64,000 nt of DNA, taken from positions 18,848,001-18,912,000 of the forward strand of contig OZ336881.1 in NCBI GenBank assembly GCA_965287045.1, in the 5' to 3' direction. The number at the start of each line of letters is the position of its first letter. Position 1 is the stretch's first letter. The DNA comes from Carcharhinus amblyrhynchos. Its lineage: Eukaryota. The notes below the pieces were generated by a model that had not been told where the DNA came from, did not search any database, and saw only the letters and a list, made by a program, of their open reading frames with translations. The translations under genes and the position numbers were made by a program. Positions 14,151-25,859 of the stretch are shown piece by piece.

Positions 14151-16990
14151 CAAATAGCCTGTTTCTCTCCTGCATATTACACCCAATTCTATGTAAATTC
14201 AATTAAATCTATTTTTTATAATTTCTTCAGCATCAAGACAAACATTGGCTAAGATTGAATATGAAGTTCACACTTGTGCAGTTGTGGATGCTGCTCTGGG
14301 GATAAGGAACACAGCTGTAGTGAGGCAAAGTTTCAATTTTCAAATGGTATGTACCTGACCTTGCAGTACTCAAATATAGCACTGGATGAAAATGTTTCAC
14401 GCTCCCCGTTCATATCATTCATCTTGACGAAAACAGAATCTTCCCTTCATCTCGAACCTATTTTCTCAACCAATAGCATTCAGCAAAAAATAAGTGATGA
14501 CACCAAGTCATAAGTTAAGTCCATTTAGTGTGTTGAACTAATATATATTTGTGCAAATGGCATTTAAAGCAACTGCTTTTAATCAGCATGCTGCTCTTGC
14601 TCCAGCTCACCAATCATGGTATCACTGCACTGTAGCTTAAGGGAACATTCCAGCTAACATCTTTCTGTAATATTAGGTAGCGACAGGGACAAATTCTATT
14701 GAACAAATCAACAGAATAACACAAATAATTTTTAAAGAATGCTTTCAACAATTTGAATGACTTTCTTGTCAACATTTAATGATAGAGAGACGTGGGCCTC
14801 TGAGAAAATACTGACAAAGCAGTAGTGGTATAATGCATGCTTCCTCTTCCCTCTCCTGCAATTAAGCAAATCACAAAAGTGATTTAGGACATAAACTAGA
14901 TTCAATACATAGGATGAAACTACTAAAAAAAAGTAACAAGCTTATAATGTAAAATAAGCATTGAATGTAATCTATCAGCACAGAATCAATCAGCTCTTTG
15001 CATAAAAATAATCCAGTGGCTTGATTATTAAATCTTCTGAAAGCTGGAGGTTACATTAATGCAGGCAAGCAAAATTATAGCATCAAGCTTGGCAAAGTAT
15101 ACTGTAGCTAGTATGCATTGAGCCCCAATTTGAGGACCCTCCAACTCTGAAGCCTCATTTTAAATAAAAATCAAATACTTTTTAGAAAATTACATTTTGG
15201 GTAGTGTAGGAGCAATTAGACACAAAACATGTGGCAAGCATAGCACAGTCAAGATGAAAAAGACAACTTTGCACCATGGTTCCCAAAGTTCCACAACACT
15301 GGAGTTTTTCCTGCATCATGTCTAGGTCTTCTGTAGATTGGTTGCAATGACTAAACAACTCCACTATTACTGTTCCATAGGACTACGAGAATGATAGGGA
15401 CAAAAGTAGGTGGATCCTGTGCATCTATCTACAAGCAATTCTTATTTTCCTAATAATTTAAGAAAGAAATTCATATAGTTAAAATGTTATTACTGACAAC
15501 TTTCATGGCCAGTTATGGCAAAACATTTCAACTGTCTGAAAACTCGTGCTTTCAGTACTAGCCCTAAATTTATTCTCTCTCAGTAACTTGGAATATGAGG
15601 AAGCTATTTTGGCCATCAAGTATGTTCTGTCATTCAGCAAGACTTCATAAATCTGTCTTTGTCCCATGTCCCTTAATACCTTTGTTAAATATCAAATTAT
15701 AGATTTTTATTAAAATTAACAATTGATCTAGCATCCAATGCCAAGTGCAGAAGAGAATTTCAAGCTTTTACACACAGTGTGCATAATTTCAATTCTAAAA
15801 TGGTCTGGTTCTAATTTTTAGACATTGCCTCCTAGTCCTTGACTCCCTAACCAACAGAAAGTTTTTTCCCCTATCTACCCTACATATTCCTCTTAATATC
15901 TTAAAATCTTTGATTAAATCACTCCTTATCTAGATTCCAAGTAGAAATCTACTTGGTGCAATCCAACATAATTTAACCATTGGGAGGAGGGGGTTCTAGT
16001 AAGTCTATACTGCACTCACTTTATCATAAGGTGTGGTGCTCACAACTGCTTACAATATGCAGAGATCTAATCAGGTCTTTGTGAAAGTTGAAGCAAAACT
16101 TCCCCTTGTATTCTAACTGAAAAGGCCAGCATTCTATTAAACTTTTTCGATAATTTTCTGTACTTGTTCAGGGCATTTTTTGGGGAAGAAATGGGGAGGA
16201 TACGTGTGAGGTGACTGGGTGGCAAGAAATAAAGGTATATCCTAATCCAGGTCATTCGCACAAATCCATAAACGTGTATTATTGGCATTAATCGAGAATT
16301 AAGCCGTTCTTCTTGACATGAGCATCACAATAGGGCCAAAAAAATGGTGATGTCAACAATTTAAATTGAATGACTATCAGACTGAAACTTTTCAGTTACT
16401 TAATTCTGCATCTACAGATAATAGTTGAATTATTAGAAATGCTTTAATTCTTTCAAAGTACACAATGTTTATTGAAAACGTTAAACTTAACCAGCGACGG
16501 TGGCACAATGTATACGGTGATCGACAATTCCATTGCGGTAAACAAGATTTGGACGCTTATCCTCTGAGCCATTTAGTCATCTTCCTCACTGATAGGTGTT
16601 TGGATTCTTGTGAGATTAACCGAGTTATCCCTTAAAAGTGCAGTGCAATCACTTACACAATTGTCAAATTATATTCTGACCGTTTTTGCCCAACCAAAGT
16701 AAGTTTTTCTCTTTTTTTCCCCTCAAAATGACCTTTTCCGTCTTTGAGGGAAGCCGATTCAACCTTCAAGCACATGTGAAACCTGCGGCCAGTCAGTATC
16801 CAAAAAGGTTATCTGCCTGTTATTGCCCTACACTTGCAACTCGAAGGAGACAAGGCTTATGCATCATAGAAATCGGTCCTTTAATGTTTCATCCGATTTG
16901 ACCAGGCAGATTTCGAACGCATTATTACAACTACAGTATGGATTTCTCTGCTATTCAGTACTAGCCCACGCAGAGAAGCGCTGGTCTTAC

Positions 16991-17169
16991 CTCCGATAAC
17001 CAGTTATCATTCCCGTCTTTGCGTCTGTGTCGAGGTCGTTATCCCTGCCCTTGCTGGGTGCTGCTTTCTGTCTGTGCTTCAATCTTGGTGAAGACTGTGC
17101 CGAGTCCTTTTGCAGGGTCGTGACGGTCGTGTCATGTTCTACTGTCAGGGAATTATTCCTCCTTCGCAT
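16991..17169 (-). CDS. ABHD12: ABHD12 (lysophosphatidylserine lipase) first coding exon; downstream exons not found in window
   Basis: MRRRNNSLTVEHD...AKTGMITGYR resembles the ABHD12 N-terminus (MRKR...LEHE...GMKR); ends at phase-2 donor AG|GTAAG (GT at 16990-16989); head-to-head with GINS1 as in other vertebrates. Confidence 0.8.
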
Positions 17170-18999
17170 TACTAGAAAAAGAAAACGCGAAGAACCACCT
17201 TTATTTAGGGGAGAAGAAGAGACGGGGGAGGGGAGGGGGGGAGTGAACTCAAATAGGAGGGCTGAAGGCGAAGCGCTGGGAATGGGAGTTAACGGGACCG
17301 GTGGAGATCAGCTGCACTAAAACAGAGCGCTCAGACTTCAGCTTCCCAGTGTTTTGGTTTTTGTAAAGGCACCCAGTTTAGTACATTGTTTGCAGCGACT
17401 CCCACTGCTTCGAATCAGCTGATCAGCTACAACCTCCAACCTCTCACCCGTTTGGAGGAAACACGCCTCCCGCATTTTAAGATTAAAAAGTGCTGAACTG
17501 GGCATCCATTTTTCAAGCAGGCAGGTTGGAAAGAGTCACTAAATAATTGAACTTGTAAGACGAACCTTTTTTTAAAAAAAAGAAATAAAACTTCTCCCGG
17601 CCGATTTCTACGAGCCGGCTTCTTGCGCGAAGATCAGAAATACAATGCAGGGGTTGCCTGGGAATAAGTTGCAAATCAGTTTTTCAATTGGGAGTGTGGT
17701 TTAAAAAAATGCGGGACAGAATTAATTACTCCAGTCTTCTTCCATTATTATGGACAGAGGACCTCGGGTTAACGTAAATGGCAAAAAAATCCAAAGGCAA
17801 GATTTTTTTTGTTGCAAAGCGAGTTGTTATAAGCTGGAATACACTGCCTGTCAGGACGGGGAAAGTAAATTCAATAGTAACTTTCAAAAGGGAATTGGTT
17901 ATCTCTATTATTGAAAAGGAGAGTATGCAGGGCTAATGAGAAAGACCATGGGGCTTTAATTGGATATATTATTTGTCAATACACGATTTCCTCGACTTCA
18001 GTTATGGGGAAAAATAATTATTATCAAATAGTAACTTGGACTATAATTATGAGGAATGTTTATGATCAGTGTGCAATTTTACAGCATTAAATACAAAAAG
18101 CAATGTACAGTAATTGCAGATTTGATAATGCAACAAACTTTGATTTAAATATAGTAGAACGTTTCACAATCTCGAGACGTTATGAAATGTTTTGCAGCCA
18201 ATTAAGTGATTTTTAAAGTGTAGTCAACTGTTGAAATGTAAAAACAAATGTATCTAATTAGTGCACAGTGAGGTCCCACTAACAGTAAATGATCAGATTA
18301 TCTCTGTGTTGATGGAGGAATAATCATCAGTCAAAAAACCAGGTGAAGGATAGAAATGAAGCCTAAACTTTACACATTTACAAGTTTTTATTTACTGAAA
18401 CACACATTACAAACATCTACCTCCTAATGTATTAACTACAGTTTCAGTCTGCTCTTATACAGAAACCTAAGTGAATCCCTAGTTCATGCCCATCACTAAG
18501 GTACAATTATATAGTCAATTATGATAAGTTAACACAAGGTACCAAGAGAATATCTATGCTCTTTTTCTCAATAGTATCAATGGATTATTTACATCCACTT
18601 GAAAAGGCAGACAAGACCTTGATTTAACATCTTGAAGGACAGATTTTCCATGGATTGAAAATAAAACTGCATCAACAGGCAATATAAGCCTGACCCTTAT
18701 TTATGCATTTACGAAGTTGTTCGCTGCCGGGTAGGCTCTGGCCTGCAATGTCACTGTCAACATCTGAATGACAGCTGACAGGGAAAAGAGCTATGCTTGG
18801 AAATTACCTTCAAATTCCTTTGTAAAGACAGGCAGAAACAAAAGAATTTACAAAATGTAGCTCAATTATATTCACAGGAGTCATAATAGTGATTGCACAT
18901 ACAATTAAAGTGAAACTTTTAACAATAGGATTGAAAGACATCTGTCAGGCAGTCTGTTTCATTCCAGCTGTCAAGCTGACCAAATTTATAATTGTAGAT

Positions 19000-19295
19000 T
19001 CTCTACAATGCAGAAGGAGGCCATTTGACTCATTGAGCCCGCACTGACAACAATCCCACCCAGGGCCTATCCCCATGACCCCATCTATTTACACTGCTAG
19101 TCCCCCTGATACCTAGGGTCAATTTAGCATGGCCAATCAACCTAACCCACACATCTTTGGAGTGCGAGAAAAAACCAGAGGAAATCCACGTTGACGTGGG
19201 GAGAATGTGCAAACTCCACACAGACAGTGACTCAAGGCCTGAATTGAACCTGGGTTCCTGGCGCTGTGAGGCAGCAATGCTAACCACCATGCCAC
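19000..19295 (-). mobile_element. HE1-type tRNA SINE
   Basis: Reverse complement of the 44132 SINE; further copies at about 4250-4465(+), 38470-38650(+), 52395-52705(+), 54595-54915(-), 58605-58880(-), 62060-62180(+). Confidence 0.88.
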
Positions 19296-19899
19296 CAGTT
19301 AATGCAGTAGTATCTAATCAGTTAAGTGCAAAGAAATAAAGTATTTGAAGTGACCTTTTGTATTCCGGACTTTAAAATACATTCTCATCAGCTTGAGGAT
19401 GCATGTGGTATCTCAAACAAAGTGAACGTCAACCTGCCGTGCAAAGATTTTAAGAGATTTTCTTATTAGAAATTTGACCTGCCATTCATTAGAGCTTGCG
19501 TAATATCATCTTGTCATGCTCCTCAAAAAATTCACACTTCAGAACCTGATTTCACTCCCTTTACTTGTTGCCTACACAGATGGAAATAGATGGGGTGCAG
19601 TCTCGGTGTATAGAAACTGAGCATGAATTTCCAAGCTGAATTAATAATCAAAAGTTTCTCTTTCTATCTCTGTGATACGTTCACCAAAATTCTCAATCTA
19701 GACTTGAACTCAAACTCTAATTTCAGGTTCTCATATGAGAAACTCATCCAATTCTGTTCAAAATGGTGGAATCTTTTGGCTTCATTTTTTTCAGTAAATA
19801 ACCAGAATTTCAGATTTTAAAAAAAATTACTGTTCCTAACAAGATCATAACACCAACACCATTAAAAACATGTTCTCTTTCTTTCAGGTATTAAGGTGC

Positions 19900-22045
19900 T
19901 AAGTCAATAGAAATGCAGTGGTAGACTTTTAAGAAAACACTGAGTAGATAATAGTCCAATGAGAAAAAAAAATGCAAGGGGAGGATCTGTCATCCATGGT
20001 TAACCAAAAAATTTAAAGATAGTATCAAATTTAAAGAAAAAACATATAATTACACAAAATGGGTGGACCGTCAGAAGAGTGAACAGGATATAAAAAAACA
20101 GCGAAGAATAACTAAATCATTAATGAGGGAAAAGTTTGAGAAAGCTATGTAGAAAAATTAAAGAACGAGTTGCTACAGATATCGAAAAAAAAGAGTTGAA
20201 GGGAGCACTGATCCTCTAGAAAGTGAGTGCAGAATTAATAATACAAAATAAGGAGATGGCAGATGAATTGAACAGGTAGATTGCTGTGGTCTTCACTAGA
20301 AACATCCCAGTAAGAGCTGTAAATTAGGAACTGGGAATGAAGAACTCAAGAAAATTACAATACCAAGGAAGTAAATACTCAGAAGATTGTTGAAACAGTA
20401 ACAAGTCCCAGGTTCTGATGGATTTTGTCCTAGAATGTTGAAAGAAGTGGCTGGTGAGATAGCTGATGCATTGGCTTTAACCTTCCAAAATTCACTAAAT
20501 ATATGGAAGATTTTATTAGACTGGAAAATAGTTACTATAACTCCTTTATTCAAAAAGAGAGGGAGACAGAGAGCAAAAAGCTGTAGGCCAGTTAGTTTAA
20601 CCTCCCACCACCTATTTAATTTAAAGCCCTCTACAGCTCCAGTTGTTCGCCAGGATACTGATCCTGGCAAGGTTCAGTGAAGGCTGTTCCAACCTTGCTG
20701 CTCCTTCTTGCTGTCATATGAAAAACATTCAAAGCTATTAAGGCATTATAACAGGGCACGTAGACAAATTCCAGGTAATCAGGCCGAACAAATGTGGTTT
20801 TGTGAAAGGGAAATCATGTTTAACCAATTTATTGGAGTTCTTTGAAAAAGTAATTGGTGCTATGGATAAAGGGGAACCAGTGAATATGCTGTACTAAGAT
20901 TTTCAGAAGGCATTTAATAAGATGCCGCATCAAAATTTGTGTAAAATAAAAGCTCATGGTGTAAGGGATAACATTGTCAAGGATAGAAGATTAGTTAGCT
21001 AACAAGAAGCAGAAGGTATAAATGAGTTATTTTCTGATTGGCAAGATGCAACAAGTGGTGTGCCACAGAGATCAATACTGGCGACTCAACTCTATAATTT
21101 ATAAAAATGGTTTGGATGAAGGGACTGAAGGTATGGATACTAAATTTGCTGAAGATACAAGGTAGGTCAGAAAGTAAGTTGTGAAGAAGACATAATAAAG
21201 CAATAATGGGCTTTATGTAGCTTAAGTGAGTGGGCAAAAACCTGGCAAATGGAATATAATGTGAGTAAATATGAAATCATCCATTTTAAGAGAATGAATG
21301 AAGGAACGTCATCTAAATGGTGAGAGATTGCAGAACTCTTAAAATGCAGTGGAATCTGGGTGTCCTAGTGCCTGAATTGCAAAAGGTCAGTATTCAAGTA
21401 ATTAAGAAAGCAAATGGAATGTTATCATTTATTGTGAAGGGAATTGAATACAAGAAAGAGTAGGGAGGTTGTGCTTTAGTTATATAGGGCATTGATGAGG
21501 GCACGTCTGGAGTAGTGTATACAGTATTGGTCTCATTTAAGGAAGAATGCAAATGCTTTAGAAGCAGGTGAGAGAAGGTTTACTAAATTAATACCTGGAA
21601 GTTGTCTTATGAGAAAAGGCTGAACAAACTAGGCTGGTATCTGCCAGTGTTTAGAAGAGTAAGAGCCAATTTGATTGAAGCTTTTAAGATCTTGAGGGGG
21701 CCTGACAGGGTAGATGTGAAAAATATGATTTCTTTTGTAGGGAATCCAGAACCGGGCATTGTTTAAAAATAAGAGGTCGATCATTTAAGACAGAGATGAG
21801 GAAATTTTTTTTCTCTTAAGGGCCATGAGTCTTTCGAACTATCTTGCTCAAAAGGCAGTGGAGCCAGAATCTTTAAATATTTTTAAAGAACAGGTAGACA
21901 GATTCTTGATGAGGAAGGGAGCAAAGGATTATTAGTAGGGAAGAATGTGAAGTTGTGGGTAAAATCAGATCAGCCATGATCTTACTGAATGGCAGAGCAG
22001 ACTCAAAGGGCTAATGGCCTACTCCTGCTCCTAATTCTTATGCAT
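19900..22045 (+). mobile_element. Degraded CR1 LINE between ABHD12 and GINS1
   Basis: LKEVAGEIADAL...ITPLFKKR...RPVSLTS remnants and CR1 3' UTR (gatcagccatgatctt...ggcctactcctgctcct). Confidence 0.88.
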
Positions 22046-22059
22046 TTCCATGAAATGGC

Positions 22060-23040
22060 TTTTGATTCACAGAGCACTATCATGAATACTGGGAATGAAG
22101 GAGCAGCAAGGTTGGAACAACCTTCACCTGAACCATGCCAGGACTAGCATCCTGGTGAATAACTGGAGCTGTAGCAAGGGCTTTAAACTAAATAGGTGGT
22201 GGGTGGTGTAGTAAATCAAAGAGAAAGGACAAGCCAGTGGTGCAAGCTCGTAATATAAGTAATGATTAGTAAAGTGTGGCAGGAAGGGATAGAGTGTAAA
22301 AACATAGGCATGCATCAATAAATAAGATCATGGTAGGAAATAGTAAAAATACAAACTGAAAGGCTTTTTTATTGAATACATGCTGCGTTAGTAACAATAT
22401 GAATGAACCCATAGTATTAACATAAATAAATAAGCACGATAGTCAATAAAGAACCACAGATGGGAACCAAGCATGGTGATCAACTCTGGGCCAAAAAAAG
22501 GGACACTTCACCAGGAGGGGGTGTTGGCAAGAGTTTGGCAGCATGGTGAGGGCAAGGTGTTGGTGATATCTCAGACATGGGAAATCAGACCTTCACCAAA
22601 GTCTGATACTGCTGCTACCAACAGGGACGCCACCACCAACACCTGCTGGAAAGCCTGGAACCCGAACCACTCACCTGCCAAAGCCGAACAACTCTCAGTG
22701 GAGTGTGCCGGTGAGAGCTCCCTCGTGGCTGTGTGGGGCAGGCAGTGGGCATGTGGTGACACAAAAGATGCAGATTCTTCAACTCAGAGACGAAATGCAA
22801 CCCAGGAAGGCTTGACCTGGGACTCAGGGTGGGAAGTGAAATTACAAGATAATCCCGGAAAATGCAGTTGGTTGCCCCAGAAATGGATATTCAATGATAT
22901 GTTGGCATTTCAGAAGCACAGAAGAAAGGAAAAGGAGATGGGATTGCTCTGTTAACAAAGGATGAGATCACTACAATAGTGATTTTGTTTTGGAGAATCA
23001 AAATGTGTAATTTGTTTGGGTGAAGATAAATAGCAAGGGA
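22060..23040 (+). mobile_element. CR1 ORF1-end / endonuclease-start fragment interrupted by an unrelated approx. 400 bp insert (about 22470-22880)
   Basis: Decayed LHLN..G...RALN* and RK.KG.G.ALL.KDEI coding remnants. Confidence 0.55.
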
Positions 23041-23200
23041 TGGGGGATTGGGGGACTGGGGGGTGGATGGGGTTGGGGAGATGGAGGGATGGGGTTGGGG
23101 GGGGAACGGTGGGGGGAGTGGGAGAGGTGGGTGGTGGGGCGGAGGGGCGAGGGGTGGATAGAGGTAGATGGGCTGGCGGGGGGCGGTAGGGAGGGGTGGT
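23040..23200 (+). repeat. G-rich low-complexity tract (many G4-G9 runs; G-quadruplex potential)
   Basis: gggg/ggggg runs separated by 1-6 nt loops, directly visible. Confidence 0.8.
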
Positions 23201-23429
23201 TGAAAGAGGTTGGGGCGCAGGCGCACTCCTCCCGCTCGGCGGTTGGGCTCGCGCTGCCGGAACGTTTTGAAAAGGAGCTCGAGAGCCGGTGGGGAAATCA
23301 GAATCAAACAGTCAATCTGACTGAGGGAAGAACACAGAGACGAATTACATATTTTGTTTAAAAAAAAAATCACGCAATCAGCTGTACCTCTTTTAGGAAC
23401 ATTGGGGAGATAACCGCTGTTTTTTGTGT

Positions 23430-23530
23430 GCTTTAAATCAGGATGGTTTCCGGGAGAAGTGACGGCGCCGCTGGCCCCTGATTGGCACTGTTCAGCCCGC
23501 CTCTGATCGGCCGGTTTTGGCGGGAAGTTT
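23430..23530 (+). promoter_or_regulatory. GINS1 core promoter with E2F site and inverted CCAAT (NF-Y) box
   Basis: TTTTGGCGGGAA at 23515-23526, CTGATTGGC at 23478-23486, local CpG enrichment about 100 nt upstream of ATG; typical of G1/S replication genes. Confidence 0.75.
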
Positions 23531-23631
23531 GTGCTGGGTTTTGCCAGGCTATCGGGTAAAGGCTATTTACTGAGGCTTTATGTGGTATAGCTTGTCTACA
23601 GACTGTGGCGGTGTTTGTTATGTCCTAAATA

Positions 23632-23706
23632 ATGTTTTGTGAAAAAGCCATAGAGTTGATCCGGGAGCTGCAGCGAGCTGGGGACGGCCAGTTGCCCGCC
23701 TTTAAT
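23632..23706 (+). CDS. GINS1: GINS1/PSF1 exon 1 ([25 protein letters not shown])
   Basis: ATG at 23632, 75 nt, donor AAT|GTGAGT; recognisable PSF1 N-terminus. Confidence 0.97.
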
Positions 23707-23956
23707 GTGAGTAGCACAGTATTTTGCAGATAGCTTCTGCTCGGAGGCACTGTCTCTCTTGTGAGTATAGCTCAACCATAACAACAACAACGAAGGTCAA
23801 TGACCACATTAGATCGCATGCTTTTGATGAATAACAGAGTGATGTAAGGGTTGCAGGAATACATCCATGGACTGCTCAAGTGGTCAGAAAGGGGGTAATT
23901 TGAAATCCATCTGGAGAAGTTTGAAGTAATGCAATTTTGAGGGAGGGTGCAAACAA

Positions 23957-24470
23957 GGCCTTTTAGCTAAGATCAAGTGTTGCATTACTTTGCTGGCAGG
24001 CGAAAATCAATGATCAGGCAGTTGACGAGACTAGCCCATTGCTCTTGGAGTGTGCTCGTTTGCCAAGGCTAGGGTCGAGTAAACCCGAAGATAACCAATA
24101 AGGTTAAACCAAGTGCTTACCAAATGCAATTTTTCAAAGCCATCTCGGCCTTTTGGCTAAGATGAAGCATTAGATCAAGCCCAGGATGGTGTGCAATGTC
24201 TGATCTTGTCAGCTTGGATTTTATTTGTCCCTTACGTGGGGACCATGAATTGGATTTCATTGAATTGGGTTGTTTGATTGGAATAAAAGCGCTCTGAAAA
24301 AATCAAGCATTGGATTAAGCCCAAGATGGGATGCAATGCCTTATCTTGTCAGCTTGGATCTTGTTTGTTTCTCTCGTGGGACCATGAATTGAATTCAATT
24401 GGAATTTGATTTTGGTTTTTGGAGCCAGCAAGGAATTAATTTGGGTTTGCATGGTCCATTCTGAGCTTTG
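23957..24470 (+). repeat. Composite U2-snRNA-derived repeat (copy B)
   Basis: GGCCTTTTAGCTAAGATCAAGTGT (23957-23980), TCTCGGCCTTTTGGCTAAGAT (24143-24163), then two approx. 140-bp units resembling diverged U2 body. Confidence 0.78.
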
Positions 24471-24589
24471 GCTCTGTAACTTTAAGAATGGATTAAAAAA
24501 AAGGTAGGATACCATGAATCGTAGAGGAATGGAGGGATTTTGGAGTGCCTATCCATTGATCCTGAAGGTAGACGTAGATATTGTTCCTT

Positions 24590-24870
24590 CGGTCCCGTGT
24601 GGGACAGAGGGCAATAAGACTGTGTCTCAGCCCCGTTTCATTGCAATCTCTTTTGCTGCACCCCAGATGGTGTCCCAATCTTGAAAGCCTTTCTTAAATG
24701 TCTTCTTTTTCCATCTGATGGTGATCATTCTACTCTGATGATGGGTAGGTTCAAGAGGCAAAATGTGTCCTGCCAGCCTCAGTTGTCTCTCTGTCATGGT
24801 GACCTGCAGGTGCTGTTGGCTAGTTCTGTCAAACTTCCTCATTGGTGATGTCTCAATGTAATGTACAGGA
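24590..24870 (-). mobile_element. RTE-clade LINE C-terminal fragment
   Basis: RQLRLAGHIL...W...W...A..IA pattern in ORF 24627-24842 typical of RTE ORF ends. Confidence 0.6.
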
Positions 24871-25859
24871 TTTTACACAGATTGTACAAATAATGAATAA
24901 TAATGGCTAAGCATGAAGCAGGGAAAGGGAGCTAGGGAATCACATATAGATTCTGCTTCATCCAGTACACAGCAATCAACAAGCTAAAATGAAGCCTACA
25001 TTATGTAAGCAAAACACAAATCAGCATATTACCAGGTTTCAGATTTGCCTTAGATATTTTCTAGTTAGACTATTGAGTGGTTCAAGGATCTTGCATTCCA
25101 TTGTGTGCCCATGCTGTTGATATTTAATTGTATATCAAAATTAAAATAAGGATCTAATATTTGGATTCCTTGTGAAAAAGAGATGGTAACCAGTTCCCAT
25201 CATATCCTTTTCCAATCCTTTTTGTAAGGGTGCTGAGAAATCATATCATTTCATGTCACTAAATTGCTTTAATCCACTTCCCTTGATTTCAGTCTCAAAA
25301 AAGAGAAAAATAATAAATCATGTACCCTCACCATTTCAGCATCTTAACTTGGTGCTTTAATATTCAGGTGCCCTGGCATACACACTTCCATTTCTTTAAA
25401 GCTTGACTGCACCCAAACATGGGGTTTTTTTTGCTGTTTGTAAATTCTGATCCCTAAAAGCAAAGGTAGTTAGTGTGTTTCAACATCTACAGAACTTTCC
25501 TTGCCACATTGGGTACACATAATTATTGACCATTTAAGATAGGATAACTAATAACTTACCATTTATCCTGTCTGATGGGCTGGGATCATCAATAGATCTC
25601 CATCGTAGCAATATGGAAAAGATTTGGCTGTGACATCTCACAAACTGGCTTTTAATGTACCACTTCCTCTGCTCTTTGTCTTTTTTTTAAATAATTTACA
25701 AATACAGTTTTTTAAACCATAAAACATAACATAGCACAAAGTTCTGTCAAGCTGCATTATGCTTTGGTACAACTCAGCTTGTCTACTGTATCCAGCTCTC
25801 ACTACCTAGATGCAAGAGTTACATTCAAGTACTGGAGATATTTCCGAGAAGAGACTCAA

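Noticed and set aside
1-16990. Further ABHD12 exons (e.g. transmembrane exon 2) and ORFs 1821-2258, 3846-4186
   Set aside because: No ABHD12-like peptide with splice sites found by eye; the ORFs lack recognisable motifs.
22891-23373. 160-aa proline-rich and 113-aa glycine-rich ORFs
   Set aside because: Arise from the G-rich low-complexity tract.
23558-23601. 5'-UTR mini-intron in GINS1 (GG|GTAAAG ... CTACAG|)
   Set aside because: Only about 44 nt, below the usual vertebrate minimum intron length.
23957-24470. Functional U2 snRNA gene
   Set aside because: Interrupted, duplicated and diverged; branch-pairing GUAGUA altered; flanked by CR1 debris rather than a recognisable snRNA promoter.
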